Numbered from the stretch's first letter, positions 9,638 through 19,580 are shown. The stretch: 64,000 nucleotides of DNA from Oceanispirochaeta sp. (GCA_963666275.2 CAXXOA010000002.1:576001-640000); one strand, 5' to 3'. Notes: generated by a model from the letters alone, not told the origin. Numbers and translations: made by a program.

Positions 9638-11035
9638 ATGAATACACTGGGTATCGGACTGGATTTCGGAAATTCCAATACTACTATGGCTGTCTTTGAC
9701 GGCGAGACTCTCACATATGTTAAAATCGATCACTCTCTGGAGAGGGGAACGGTCATGCCCTCGGCTCTTTATATTAACAGGGATTACAGCTCTTTTACGG
9801 GCAGCCGGGCGCTGCAGCAGTACCTGGAGGACAATACGGACAGGAAAATCCGTTTGTCCGAGGTGAATGTGGGGACCATAGAGGTCCACATGGGGGAGAT
9901 GGACCGGGATTATTTTATTGAGAGGGACCGGTCCTTTACGGCCCAGCTGCATGCCCGGGTGGATAAGGACCTTCCCGGACGGCTTTTTCGTGGACTGAAG
10001 GCGTATCTGGGAGGGACGGAGGATACCCGGTTCAGGGTTTTTGGAAAGACCTTCCGCCTGGAGGCTCTTCTCAATCTCCTGCTGCGGGAGATCCGAGAGT
10101 CCGCTGAAAAACAGGGGATTCCCCTCTCTTCCATTCATGTGGGGCGGCCTGTCCGCTACGAGGGGAGCGGAGACTACAGAGAAGATCTGGGCATGGTCCG
10201 AATGACAAAAGCCCTGGAGAATGCAGGATATCCTGCTCCCGTTTTTATGGAAGAGCCTGTGGGCGCTGCCTGGAGCTATATGGAAAAGCACTTCATGAAA
10301 GAAGGAGAAACCCTCCTTGTTTTTGACTTCGGCGGAGGGACTCTGGATCTGGCTGTTCTACAGAACAGGGACGGAGCTCATCAGGTCCTGGCTACCCGGG
10401 GGCTGGCCCGGGCGGGAGACTGGATCGACAGGGAGATCTTTAAATCTGTCATTTTCCCCCTCCTCGGAAAGGGGGAGATGATTTCCCACAGGCGGGATGA
10501 CGGGACTATGGCAGAGTATCCTTTTCCCTTTTCGGACTTTGAAGAGCTCCTTTTGAACTGGCAGAGCACATTCCTTCTGAATCAGCCGAAGTACCTGGAA
10601 GAGATCAACAGGGCTGCCAAAGAGGGCGGTGTCATTGCGGAAAAAGTTGGACGTCTGAGCCGCCTGATCCGCTGCAACGGCTCCTTTCCCCTGCTCAAGC
10701 TGATAGAACAGGCCAAAAAAGACCTGACAGAACAGCAGGAAACTCTGCTTTCCTTTGAAGAAGCCGGCCTGTCTGTCCGCATTACCCGGAAGGATCTGGA
10801 AGATCTTCTCTCTCCCCTGGTGGTTGAGATCGACAGCCTTATCAGGGAGGTTCTGGAGCGTGCCGGAAGCCCCCGGATTGACCGGGTTGTCTGTGCGGGA
10901 GGCTCCTCTCTTATCCCTCTGGTCCGGCAGACTCTCGATCGGCATTTTCCCGGAAAAGTAGAGGAGTGGGACCCCTTCCGCAGCATCGCCGCCGGCCTGG
11001 CCACGGCGGATTATCACCATAAAGATAAAAATTGA
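9638..11035 (+). CDS. Hsp70 family protein, YegD-like (ATPase domain only)
   Basis: GLDFGNSNT, VGRPV, EPVGAA, DFGGGTLD and GGSSLIP; no substrate-binding domain. Confidence 0.85.
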   Translation: MNTLGIGLDFGNSNTTMAVFDGETLTYVKIDHSLERGTVMPSALYINRDYSSFTGSRALQQYLEDNTDRKIRLSEVNVGTIEVHMGEMDRDYFIERDRSFTAQLHARVDKDLPGRLFRGLKAYLGGTEDTRFRVFGKTFRLEALLNLLLREIRESAEKQGIPLSSIHVGRPVRYEGSGDYREDLGMVRMTKALENAGYPAPVFMEEPVGAAWSYMEKHFMKEGETLLVFDFGGGTLDLAVLQNRDGAHQVLATRGLARAGDWIDREIFKSVIFPLLGKGEMISHRRDDGTMAEYPFPFSDFEELLLNWQSTFLLNQPKYLEEINRAAKEGGVIAEKVGRLSRLIRCNGSFPLLKLIEQAKKDLTEQQETLLSFEEAGLSVRITRKDLEDLLSPLVVEIDSLIREVLERAGSPRIDRVVCAGGSSLIPLVRQTLDRHFPGKVEEWDPFRSIAAGLATADYHHKDKN

Positions 11036-11101
11036 TTTAGTGTAATACTAGTTACCCCGTAGTATATTAATAAGTAGATGATTTACAGAAGGAGATTTTT
11101 T

Positions 11102-11647
11102 ATGAAAAGAATAAAAATTCTGCTAATTCCTCTCCTTATTTTCGGACTATTTCTTTCCTGCGACGATGGTTCTTCTTCTATAACAGATGAAGATGCGGCC
11201 GAAAAAGCTGCGGAATTTGCCCTTCAGATGGCATCTCTCTCACAGGATCAATCCAATTCCGGTATTTCTACCGGAGTCAGCCGGGCTTTGGAACCTTTTA
11301 TTGAAGACTTGGAAATTGAAGAGGGTCTTTCTTTTTCAATGGCTGTGGACTGGGTAACAGGGGAAGTGGAAGTTACAATGGTTTTTACTTCATATATTAT
11401 TGATGATGTAACCATTGACGGAACTCTCGTATACAATTTTGTAAGCGACTCCAATAGTTCAATAGGAAATATGACGGGAAGCTATACCATGCTTTATGAA
11501 GGGGAAACCTATAATGTGACAATGGATCTTATAACGGTTACTTCCGTTGATCCTACTTCACTTCAGATGACAATATCTACTAATGGTTCAATAACCTGTA
11601 ATAACGTGACATTTGTGGTAGACGAGTCAGAGACTTTCTCCGCCTGA
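11102..11647 (+). CDS. Hypothetical lipoprotein
   Basis: AAGGAG RBS, MKRIK signal, lipobox FLSC; AT-rich. Confidence 0.7.
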   Translation: MKRIKILLIPLLIFGLFLSCDDGSSSITDEDAAEKAAEFALQMASLSQDQSNSGISTGVSRALEPFIEDLEIEEGLSFSMAVDWVTGEVEVTMVFTSYIIDDVTIDGTLVYNFVSDSNSSIGNMTGSYTMLYEGETYNVTMDLITVTSVDPTSLQMTISTNGSITCNNVTFVVDESETFSA

Positions 11648-12673
11648 TTTCTTCTTTTCAACCTGTTCCAGTGTCGACAGCAGGCCGCAGGCGGCCTGAA
11701 TGTCCAGTCCCCGGGAGCGGCGGATGGTGGTGGTAATGCCCTTTTTCTGCAGCTCCTGCTGGAACTCTTCCATCCTGTTCCGGGGGGATCCTTTCCAGGG
11801 AAGTCCCGGTACGGGGTGGAAAGCTATCAGATTCACCCGGGTTTTCACTCCATTCAGAATCCTTGCCAGCTCTCTGGCGTGGCGCATCTCATCATTAAAA
11901 CCGTCAAAAAGTATGTACTCCACAGAAAACCGCCTCTGACCTGAGAAGTCTCCGGCACTGCGGATCAGGGATAAAACTTCCTGCAGGGGATACTTCTTTT
12001 CAACTGGCATGATCTGTTCCCTTTCTTCCGGAAAAGGGTTGTGGAGACTCAGAGCCAGGTGGCAGCTGGACTCTTTCAGAAAGCGTTCCAGCCCGGGCAG
12101 GATCCCCACTGTGGAGAGGGTGATCCTTTTAGGGCTCCAGGCCAGGCCCTTCTCCGAGGTCAGCACATCCAGGGTACTCAGGACTTCATCGGGATTATCC
12201 AGGGGCTCTCCCATGCCCATAAAAACAAGATTTGTCAGGTTTTCCCATTCGGGAATACTGTAGATCTGGTTGAGGATTTCTCCGCTTGTAAGGTTGGCCT
12301 GTAGTCCCTGCTTGCCGGTCATGCAGAACTGACACTGCCGGCGGCATCCCGCCTGGGAGGAGACACAGAGGGTGGCCCGCTGTTCATCAGGGATATAGGC
12401 GGCTTCGATATAGTTTCCAGCTGCTTCAAAAAGGTATTTCTTTGTTCCGTCTGTACTGACCGAACAGTTCACTGGCTCAGACCGTTCCAGGCTGTACGAG
12501 TCCTGGAGAGCAGCCCGGTTTTTCTTGGAGAGATTGGTCATCTCATCGATAGAGCGGACATTTTTTTTATAGAGCCAGTCTGAAATCTGACCGGCTGTGA
12601 ATCCGGGAAATCCCTCTTTCCTGACTATCTCCTGTAGTTCCTGATAGGTTCTGCCCCATAATGGCTGTTTCAT
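11627..12673 (-). CDS. rlmN: 23S rRNA/tRNA adenine-C2 methyltransferase RlmN
   Basis: CRRQCQFC radical SAM motif, MGMGEP, DIQAACG. Confidence 0.95.
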   Translation of the reverse strand: MKQPLWGRTYQELQEIVRKEGFPGFTAGQISDWLYKKNVRSIDEMTNLSKKNRAALQDSYSLERSEPVNCSVSTDGTKKYLFEAAGNYIEAAYIPDEQRATLCVSSQAGCRRQCQFCMTGKQGLQANLTSGEILNQIYSIPEWENLTNLVFMGMGEPLDNPDEVLSTLDVLTSEKGLAWSPKRITLSTVGILPGLERFLKESSCHLALSLHNPFPEEREQIMPVEKKYPLQEVLSLIRSAGDFSGQRRFSVEYILFDGFNDEMRHARELARILNGVKTRVNLIAFHPVPGLPWKGSPRNRMEEFQQELQKKGITTTIRRSRGLDIQAACGLLSTLEQVEKKKSGGESL

Positions 12674-12784
12674 CTGCCCAAATTACACTCCCGCTGTGAT
12701 ATATGCAAGAGTGGAAAGCAGGGTTCGGGAAGGATAATCCGGGAGCGATGGAAGCACAGGAAGGGTATTTTCTTCAAAAAGAGG

Positions 12785-13714
12785 CTATTTGTTTCGAACC
12801 AGGCGGGAAAGGTCTTTTTCTTTAAATCCCGCTTCTTCAAGGTCTTTGAGGAATCTTTTCCCGTCACTGTAATAGCCGGCGGTACCCTTCAGGCCGGGAT
12901 ACTTCTTCTGCCAGTAGCTGTTAAATCCTGTCATGTAGAGCTCCCGCAGATACTTGGCACCCATGGAGGCCAGGGCTGTCTCAAAACACAGCGCATCTGC
13001 TCCCACCTGAAAGTGGATTTCACTCTCTCCCGACTGATAGAGCGATAGCTGCGAGGTTTCCTGCCGGGCTGTCAGGAGGTCTCCCGGGTAGAGTTCCAGG
13101 AGCCACTCCCCGTAGTAGCGCCTTCCTCCCTGGCGGTCTACAATCAGCTTTCCTCCGGGATACCTGCCCTTCCGCATAAAAGGAGAGAGGATCTCCTGGC
13201 AGGCACTGGCTTTGTTTTTTCTTTTATCAAGAAGTCTGTTAAACCCGTGGGGTACTGTCATTTTCAGAGAAAAGTCTGTAAGTTCCAATCCGGCGGAAGC
13301 CCACTCCGCCGCCAGTTTGTCCGCTTTTTTCAGAATCTCCTCGGGGGGATGAACCAGAGGGAGGGCCAGGGAGAGGATCTCTTTGTTCCAGGGCTCTTCC
13401 TCCAGAGGAGTCAGGCTCAGAGAATCGTCTGTGACTGTTCTGATAAACTCATCCGCTGTGGCGGGGATTTTTCCCTGCCTGAGCAGATAGAAGGCCAGAA
13501 CCGTTTCCTCCAGAAAGGATATATCCTTTGAGGAGGAGAGCTTTTTGCTGTCTCCCACAGCCAGTTTACCGTCTTCGGGACGTTCCGCCAGTATGGCGGG
13601 ACAGAGAGCCCTGGGATCCGTTTCTCCGGAGGGATAGGTTGTTGTTACGAGACCGGCGCAGTAGGGGCCCAGAAGGGGACCGAGACCGGCTTCATCGATA
13701 CCCGAGACGATCAA
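12785..13714 (-). CDS. Ribonuclease HII-like protein (divergent)
   Basis: GIDEAGLGPLLGP, DSKKL, DRQGGR and ALASMGAKYLRE. Confidence 0.7.
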   Translation of the reverse strand: MIVSGIDEAGLGPLLGPYCAGLVTTTYPSGETDPRALCPAILAERPEDGKLAVGDSKKLSSSKDISFLEETVLAFYLLRQGKIPATADEFIRTVTDDSLSLTPLEEEPWNKEILSLALPLVHPPEEILKKADKLAAEWASAGLELTDFSLKMTVPHGFNRLLDKRKNKASACQEILSPFMRKGRYPGGKLIVDRQGGRRYYGEWLLELYPGDLLTARQETSQLSLYQSGESEIHFQVGADALCFETALASMGAKYLRELYMTGFNSYWQKKYPGLKGTAGYYSDGKRFLKDLEEAGFKEKDLSRLVRNK

Positions 13715-15381
13715 AAGTTGAATATCCTTGAACCATGGGGGGGGAGGATCAGATCCAGTTGTCCTGTCTGCATTCCCGTATTGCCCTCTTTTATATAGGT
13801 TCCGGTTTTCTGGCCGATCATATCTCTGAGATTCTGGAGATCCAGATTGATCGATTGGGTTTTTCCTGAAAGATTGAATACTCCGAGCTTGCCTGCCGTG
13901 TTATACAGGATCGCCGGATCATTCAGTCCGCTGTCTTTGATCAGGTAGAGTTTCCCCCGGGAAAAAGCTTCAAAGGCCTCAAAGGTGGATTTCAGCTCTT
14001 CCAGCTCCGGCTCTTTCAATTCTGTATGATCCACTCTGGTCATAAGAACTCCTCCTGAAAGAAGGATCATCTGTCTGAGAGACTCTCTGATCTGCAGGGG
14101 GAGTTTTGTTCTCCAGGATCCGCAGGGGAAAATCCCGGGGTTTCCGATCCACAGACTTTTCTGAAGGGGCGCATTCTGAATGCCCTTGATCACAATCTGT
14201 CTGAACGCTTCGGCAGGTTTTTTCTTTTCCAGTCCCGCCGGAAAGGTATCAAAAATCTTAATACTCCCCGAACCGGGAAGGTGGGGAATCCCTTCTGTGC
14301 TGAGGCTTTCGTTTTTTCCCATATTCTCTTTAAAGAACTGGAGGGTTTCCCTCTGCAGGTCCCCGGATGTGAAGGTGTTGTCCTTCTTTATCAAAGGCTG
14401 CTGCAGAGCCGAGAGGCCTGTCAGGTGGAGGGCTCTGAAGCCCCATTGATCCCGGATCGTTTTTATACACTCCCTCAGGTAGTTTTTCACCTCCGGGTTG
14501 GATATATCCAGCAGAGGGATCAGGTCATCCCTGAGGTTCCTCATAAGCCATTCGGGATGCCTTTTGAATACATCAGAATCCGGTGAGACTTTCAGGGGGG
14601 AGAAGGCTAGGCAGGGAGTCATGCCGTTGTGTTCAATGCGCCTTGTCAATGTGCCGATCCGGCTGTTGAAATCACTGCCCAGAGTGGTCCAGTCCCCTTC
14701 CTTCTGATGGATCCCTTCCAGGCGGATCTGCTGATAGAACAGTCTTGTATTTTCCAGAACCGTCAGGTTTTCCTCCAGCTTCTTTACCGAAAGCTTCCCC
14801 GAAGCTGTTTCGGGAGAGATTGTCCATATGGTCCTGTCCCAGTCCTGAAAAAGAGAAGAATATTTCCGGGAAATATCGTTGGTCAGTTTTGTCAGAAGCT
14901 CTTTCATGTCTCCCATTCGGAGGTACACATTATCCAGCTCTGCATGGGTATCCTTCTGCAGCACTCTGTTGAACTGCCACTCTATGGTCAGGAGGCCTTT
15001 TCGTATGTTTATGGTAAAATGGACATTCTGATGAAGAGGATTCTTTCTGCCTGCAATCAGGGATACATTGCTCTGCTCATCCTTCAGGGAAATGAAGGGT
15101 GACAGAGAGTCCCCGGTGGCATAGTAGTTATGCTTTTTTACTTTTTTAAGACTGATCTGAATTTTCAGAGAACGGAGATACTGATCCTCTTCGCAGCGGA
15201 TCTGACCGGCAATCACATCATCGATTATTGCCAGTTGGAGAGTAAAGGGGGCTATCTCCTGGCTTACGGGAGAACTCCTTTTGGGCCAGAGGGTCGACAG
15301 GCGAGTCCTCTTTTCCCTTTCAGCCCCGAACTTAACAGAGATATGGATTTTGTTTTTATCTATACCGAAACCATTCATCAT
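13711..15381 (-). CDS. Alpha-galactosidase (GH36)-like protein, apparently degenerate
   Basis: GDW...F, GMTPCL, S.VFKRHPEWL, LDISNPEVKNYL and WGF segments. Confidence 0.55.
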   Translation of the reverse strand: MMNGFGIDKNKIHISVKFGAEREKRTRLSTLWPKRSSPVSQEIAPFTLQLAIIDDVIAGQIRCEEDQYLRSLKIQISLKKVKKHNYYATGDSLSPFISLKDEQSNVSLIAGRKNPLHQNVHFTINIRKGLLTIEWQFNRVLQKDTHAELDNVYLRMGDMKELLTKLTNDISRKYSSLFQDWDRTIWTISPETASGKLSVKKLEENLTVLENTRLFYQQIRLEGIHQKEGDWTTLGSDFNSRIGTLTRRIEHNGMTPCLAFSPLKVSPDSDVFKRHPEWLMRNLRDDLIPLLDISNPEVKNYLRECIKTIRDQWGFRALHLTGLSALQQPLIKKDNTFTSGDLQRETLQFFKENMGKNESLSTEGIPHLPGSGSIKIFDTFPAGLEKKKPAEAFRQIVIKGIQNAPLQKSLWIGNPGIFPCGSWRTKLPLQIRESLRQMILLSGGVLMTRVDHTELKEPELEELKSTFEAFEAFSRGKLYLIKDSGLNDPAILYNTAGKLGVFNLSGKTQSINLDLQNLRDMIGQKTGTYIKEGNTGMQTGQLDLILPPHGSRIFNF

Positions 15382-15473
15382 AGGATATTCTCACTTCCAG
15401 GTATTTGGGTTCTCGTAAGTTCACTTTATTCTATGTCTAAATTTAAACTTTTCCCGGAAGGAAAAGCAAATAC

Positions 15474-17552
15474 TTATTTTTTCTTTCTTTTATCCTCTTT
15501 CACTTTTATCATATCCGCCAGAGTAAAGGTATCCTTTGACTGATCGCTGTACTGACTGATCAGTTTCCGGTTCAGGGCTTTTTCTTTCCTTCCCGGCCGT
15601 CTGGACTGATAGGGGTCAGAACTCTTATTCTGTTCCTCTTCGTACCCGCAGGAGAGGGCCAGGCAGGCCAGGATAACAGCGCCCTTTTTTCCTCTGGTGG
15701 TAATCATCTCCCTTCCGCAGAAAGGGCAGGGTTTTCCAGATGTTTCCAGGGAACTGTAGGTTTTTGTACTGGTTTTTATCTCTTTAACAAGACGCGCCGT
15801 GTGTTCCCTGATCTCTTTCCGGAACTCCTGACTTTTCAGCTGTCCTTCGGCAATCCGTGTAAAAGCCATTTCCCAGCGGGCTGTAAGATCGGGAAACTGA
15901 AACTCATCCGGTACAAGCTCCATAAGTTCCTCCCCCCGTTTGGTGGGAAGAATCTCCTTCCCCTGCCGCTCCATATAGTAGTGGTTGATCAGCTTCTCGA
16001 TAAGATCCGCCCTGGTGGCGGGAGTCCCCAGTCCGGCCTGTTTCAGGTTCTCCTTCAGTTTAGGGTCCTTCAGGTAGGGGGCGGGGTTTTCCATGGCTGT
16101 CAGCAGGGTGGCTTCGGTATAGCGGGGCGGGGGAGATGTCATCCCTTTTTTCACAGCAAGACTTTTCAGAGGGAGAGGCTCCCCTTTCCGGGGGAGCTCT
16201 TTTCCGAAGAAATTTTCCCTTTCATCCCTATCCTCTTTCTCTCTGCCTCCATGCTCCAGCTGCTTCCAGCCCCGGGAAACTGTCCTTCTCCCGCTTGCCC
16301 TGAATGTGTGGTCTTCCGTCCGGATCCGGAGTTTTATGGATTCTGATTCCGCCGGTGGGGATAGTATCGCCAGAAACCGGCGGACGATCAGATCCCAGAG
16401 CATTTTTTCATCGCTGCTCAGGCGGTCCGGAAAGGCCGGTTCTTCAGTGGGAATAATGGCATGGTGATCGGTCACGCCCGCATCGTTGACAAAGCGTTTT
16501 CCCGGATTCAGGTCCTTTGCCATCAATTCGTCGGCATTTTTTTTCCACTGTGTTCCCCTCAGGGCTTTCAGCCTGTCTTTGAGGGTTCCGGTCATATCAG
16601 AAGTGATATACCGGGAATCCGTCCGGGGGTAGGTGACAATCTTGTGCCGCTCATACAGGCCCTGGAGAACCTGCAGGGTTTTTCTGGCGGAAAAACCCAT
16701 CTGTCTGTTGGCCTCTCTCTGCAGTTCTGTCAGGTCATAGGCAAGGGGCGGCATTTCGTTGACCTTTTTTACAGTGATCTCTTCAAGGATATGTTCTTTT
16801 CCGGACAGGTCTCTCTGGAGTTTTTCAGCCGCTTCCCCTGTCTGTATTCTGATCTGGCCTTTCGGATCCTGCCACAGGGCCTGAAAGCTTCCGTAATCCG
16901 CTTCCAGAGTCCAGTAGGGGGAAGGAGAAAACCGTCGGATCTTCTTTTCCCTGTTCACAATCAGAGCCAGGGTGGGAGTCTGAACACGGCCGGCGGTCAG
17001 TTTTGTATCGTGTTTGCAGCTCAGGGCCCTGGAGGCATTCAGTCCTATGAGCCAGTCCGCTTCGGCCCGGCACTCGGCCGCCCTGGAGAGGTTTTCGTAG
17101 TCTTTTCCGGGTTTCAGGTTTTTAAAACCCTCCCGGATAGCCTTGTCGGTCTGGGAGCTGATCCACAGGCGCTGCACCTTCCCTTTCCAGCCTCCCATAC
17201 GGAGAATCCATCGGGCCACCAGCTCTCCCTCCCGGCCCGCATCGGTGGCAATGATGACTTCGTCCACATCCTTCCGTTTCAGGAGGGAGCTGATCTGCCG
17301 GAACTGATGGGAGCTCTTCCGTATGATCTGGTGCTTCATTTTTTCAGGGAGCATGGGGAGGAGGGACAGATCCCATTTCTGGAACCGGGAATCGTAGGCG
17401 GAAGGCTCTGCCAGTTCCACCAGATGGCCCATCGCCCAGGTGACAATCCACTCTCTGCCTTCCATAAAAGCCTTATTTTTCTGATGACAGCCCAGAACCC
17501 GGGCCAGCTCCCTGCCTACGCTGGGTTTCTCTGCCAGTACCAGTTTTTTCAT
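15474..17552 (-). CDS. topB: DNA topoisomerase III
   Basis: AEKPSV, ATDAGREGELV, GRVQTPTL, TYPRTDS (catalytic Tyr), LGTPATRA, C-terminal Zn ribbon. Confidence 0.92.
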   Translation of the reverse strand: MKKLVLAEKPSVGRELARVLGCHQKNKAFMEGREWIVTWAMGHLVELAEPSAYDSRFQKWDLSLLPMLPEKMKHQIIRKSSHQFRQISSLLKRKDVDEVIIATDAGREGELVARWILRMGGWKGKVQRLWISSQTDKAIREGFKNLKPGKDYENLSRAAECRAEADWLIGLNASRALSCKHDTKLTAGRVQTPTLALIVNREKKIRRFSPSPYWTLEADYGSFQALWQDPKGQIRIQTGEAAEKLQRDLSGKEHILEEITVKKVNEMPPLAYDLTELQREANRQMGFSARKTLQVLQGLYERHKIVTYPRTDSRYITSDMTGTLKDRLKALRGTQWKKNADELMAKDLNPGKRFVNDAGVTDHHAIIPTEEPAFPDRLSSDEKMLWDLIVRRFLAILSPPAESESIKLRIRTEDHTFRASGRRTVSRGWKQLEHGGREKEDRDERENFFGKELPRKGEPLPLKSLAVKKGMTSPPPRYTEATLLTAMENPAPYLKDPKLKENLKQAGLGTPATRADLIEKLINHYYMERQGKEILPTKRGEELMELVPDEFQFPDLTARWEMAFTRIAEGQLKSQEFRKEIREHTARLVKEIKTSTKTYSSLETSGKPCPFCGREMITTRGKKGAVILACLALSCGYEEEQNKSSDPYQSRRPGRKEKALNRKLISQYSDQSKDTFTLADMIKVKEDKRKKK

Positions 17553-17664
17553 GACTTCGCCCCTTTGTGAATAATCCGCCAAAGTATACCCTCCCCATGG
17601 GGGAAAGAAAAGGGATTCCTTTTTGGCCCCTAACGGAATTCCTGCCGATAATGGAGTGTACTCT

Positions 17665-18435
17665 ATGAAAATTTCAGATCACTCTTCGGCAGAAAACAGA
17701 GGCCTCCCCAGAACAGCCCGCCTCCGGAATAGTAAGATCTCCCGAGGAGATCCGGCTGTTATGAAAAAAGCCGCCCCCTCCACCGGGACTTCCGGAAAGC
17801 TCATGGTTCTGAGACAGGAACTTATCAGCGAAACTCTGAAATCTCTCTCCTCACTGAAATCTCCCATACACCGGGTTCTCTCTCTGCTCCAGCAGTACCG
17901 ACCCTCCCCAGAGTCCCGGGACTTTCACATTACCCTTCAGATTCTGGAGGAACTTGTCAAAAGGGAGCATCCGGAGGGACAGGAACATATGGATAAGCCC
18001 CTGGGAAAACTTCTGACCTTTCTCAGACAGGAGAGGGACCTGGCCGGCAGTTCCAGGGAGTCTCCTGTCGTTCTGGCAGAGTCTCTTCAGAATCCGCCCC
18101 CCGGGCTGCCCTGGTCCCTCCGGGCGGAAAGGAAAGCGGGGCGCGATGAATCCCCCTCCGGGGAGGGCGGGAAGGAGCAGGAGCTTGTTCTTCAGGTGGA
18201 CCATCCCCTGCTGGGGCCGGTTAAAGCTCTCCTTTCCAGCGGAAAATCCGGAAGCTCCTGTACCTTTTATTCTCCCCGCTCCAAATCCCGCCGCCTTCTC
18301 CGTCAGAGCTTCCGGAATTTTGCCTTGAAGCTGAAAGAGAAGGGACTCGGAACTGTCAGGTTGAAGGTTCAGGCCCGGGACGCAGAGCTGTCTTCCCGAG
18401 TTCAGGACCATCCGGGGGTCAATGTATGGGGATAG
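17665..18435 (+). CDS. FliK-like (hook-length control C-terminal domain) protein
   Basis: LQVDHPLLGPVKALL motif, ends GVNVWG, overlaps FlhB-like gene; start re-called at ATG 17665. Confidence 0.5.
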   Translation: MKISDHSSAENRGLPRTARLRNSKISRGDPAVMKKAAPSTGTSGKLMVLRQELISETLKSLSSLKSPIHRVLSLLQQYRPSPESRDFHITLQILEELVKREHPEGQEHMDKPLGKLLTFLRQERDLAGSSRESPVVLAESLQNPPPGLPWSLRAERKAGRDESPSGEGGKEQELVLQVDHPLLGPVKALLSSGKSGSSCTFYSPRSKSRRLLRQSFRNFALKLKEKGLGTVRLKVQARDAELSSRVQDHPGVNVWG

Positions 18436-18695
18436 GAAAAAAAGCGGCGGCCCTGAAATGGGACCCTTCAAAAGATGAGGCCCCCAGGATGATTGCCTCT
18501 GGGAAGGATGCCCTGGCGGAAAAAATTCTGATGATAGCGGAGGAGGAAAATATTCCTGTTCTGGAAAAGGGCCCCCTGGCAGAGGCCCTCTCATCCCTGG
18601 AACCCGGTCAGACGATCCCTGCGGAACTTTTTATACTGGCCGCAGAGGTTTATGCCTTTCTGGCTGATCTGGATGAATCAGGTTACTTCGGCTGA
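18426..18695 (+). CDS. FlhB C-terminal-like export switch protein (EscU/YscU/HrcU; FlhX/YlqH-like)
   Basis: AAALKW...APRMIASG...AEKIL.IA...IP.EL...AEV pattern. Confidence 0.88.
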   Translation: MGIGKKAAALKWDPSKDEAPRMIASGKDALAEKILMIAEEENIPVLEKGPLAEALSSLEPGQTIPAELFILAAEVYAFLADLDESGYFG

Positions 18696-19475
18696 ACGGA
18701 GCATCCTGGCCAGCACACCGGGAATGGCCCGGCTCAGAAAAAGGGCAAAATGAACTTTCGGTTTGATTCCCAGATAGATCTCTCTTTTCCGCCTGGAAAG
18801 GCCATTGAGGATAATCTCCGCCGCTTTCCGGGGAGAAATACCAGCCGCCTGATTGGGGTCCATCTTTTCATGTTTCTGTCCTGACCCCTCCAGCGCGTTC
18901 AGAGATATACTGGTTTTGACAAATCCCGGGATAATCAGAGAGACCGAGATCCCATGGCGGTGAACTTCCGCCCGTAAGGCGTCATAAAAACCCTGCAGGG
19001 CCATCTTTGAGGCGCTGTAGCTGCTTCTCAGGGGGGTCGCAAACTTCCCGGCCACACTGTTGACCGCGGCGATACTGCCGCTTTTCTGACGTATCATATA
19101 GGGTAGAATACACCTGGTCAGCCAGGCGGCTCCCAGATAATTCACATCGATTATGGTTTTCATCACCTCGTAATCGGTTACCGCCGCTTCCGATCTCTGG
19201 CTGATCCCGGCGTTATTGATAAGCACGTCAATGCCGTTCCATCGGTTCCAGGCCTCTGCCGCTGCTTCCTCCAGTCGGCTGTGATCCTGCATATCCAGAG
19301 GAAGGATCATATATCGCTCCCTGTCCTCCCAGTCCCGGCAGATTTCCTCGAGTTTTTCCCTGTTCCGGGCAGAAAGAATCACTCTTCCCCCCCTGTTGTA
19401 TACTGTCTCTGCCAGGGCTTCTCCGATTCCGGATGAGGCGCCTGTTATCCAGTAAATCCTGTTGTTTTCCATCAT
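18678..19475 (-). CDS. SDR family oxidoreductase
   Basis: TGASSGIG, NNAG, YSASK; exact start uncertain. Confidence 0.9.
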   Translation of the reverse strand: MMENNRIYWITGASSGIGEALAETVYNRGGRVILSARNREKLEEICRDWEDRERYMILPLDMQDHSRLEEAAAEAWNRWNGIDVLINNAGISQRSEAAVTDYEVMKTIIDVNYLGAAWLTRCILPYMIRQKSGSIAAVNSVAGKFATPLRSSYSASKMALQGFYDALRAEVHRHGISVSLIIPGFVKTSISLNALEGSGQKHEKMDPNQAAGISPRKAAEIILNGLSRRKREIYLGIKPKVHFALFLSRAIPGVLARMLRSAEVT

Positions 19476-19580
19476 CTTCCCATCATAAACCAAAGGCCCG
19501 AAAAATAAAAAGATAATAATTTACCGATTTTATTGATTTTTTGGTTGGCTCCCTTTAAGGAGTGACCTATACTAGGAGAT

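Larger units (their letters stand above)
7645..9775. repeat. Tandem duplication: copy 1 7645-8703 (1059 bp), copy 2 8704-9775 (1072 bp)
   Basis: Both copies start GGTGTGATAGGGACGG and end GGCTCTTTATATT; about ten substitutions and three indels (1+1+11 bp) differ. Confidence 0.95.
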
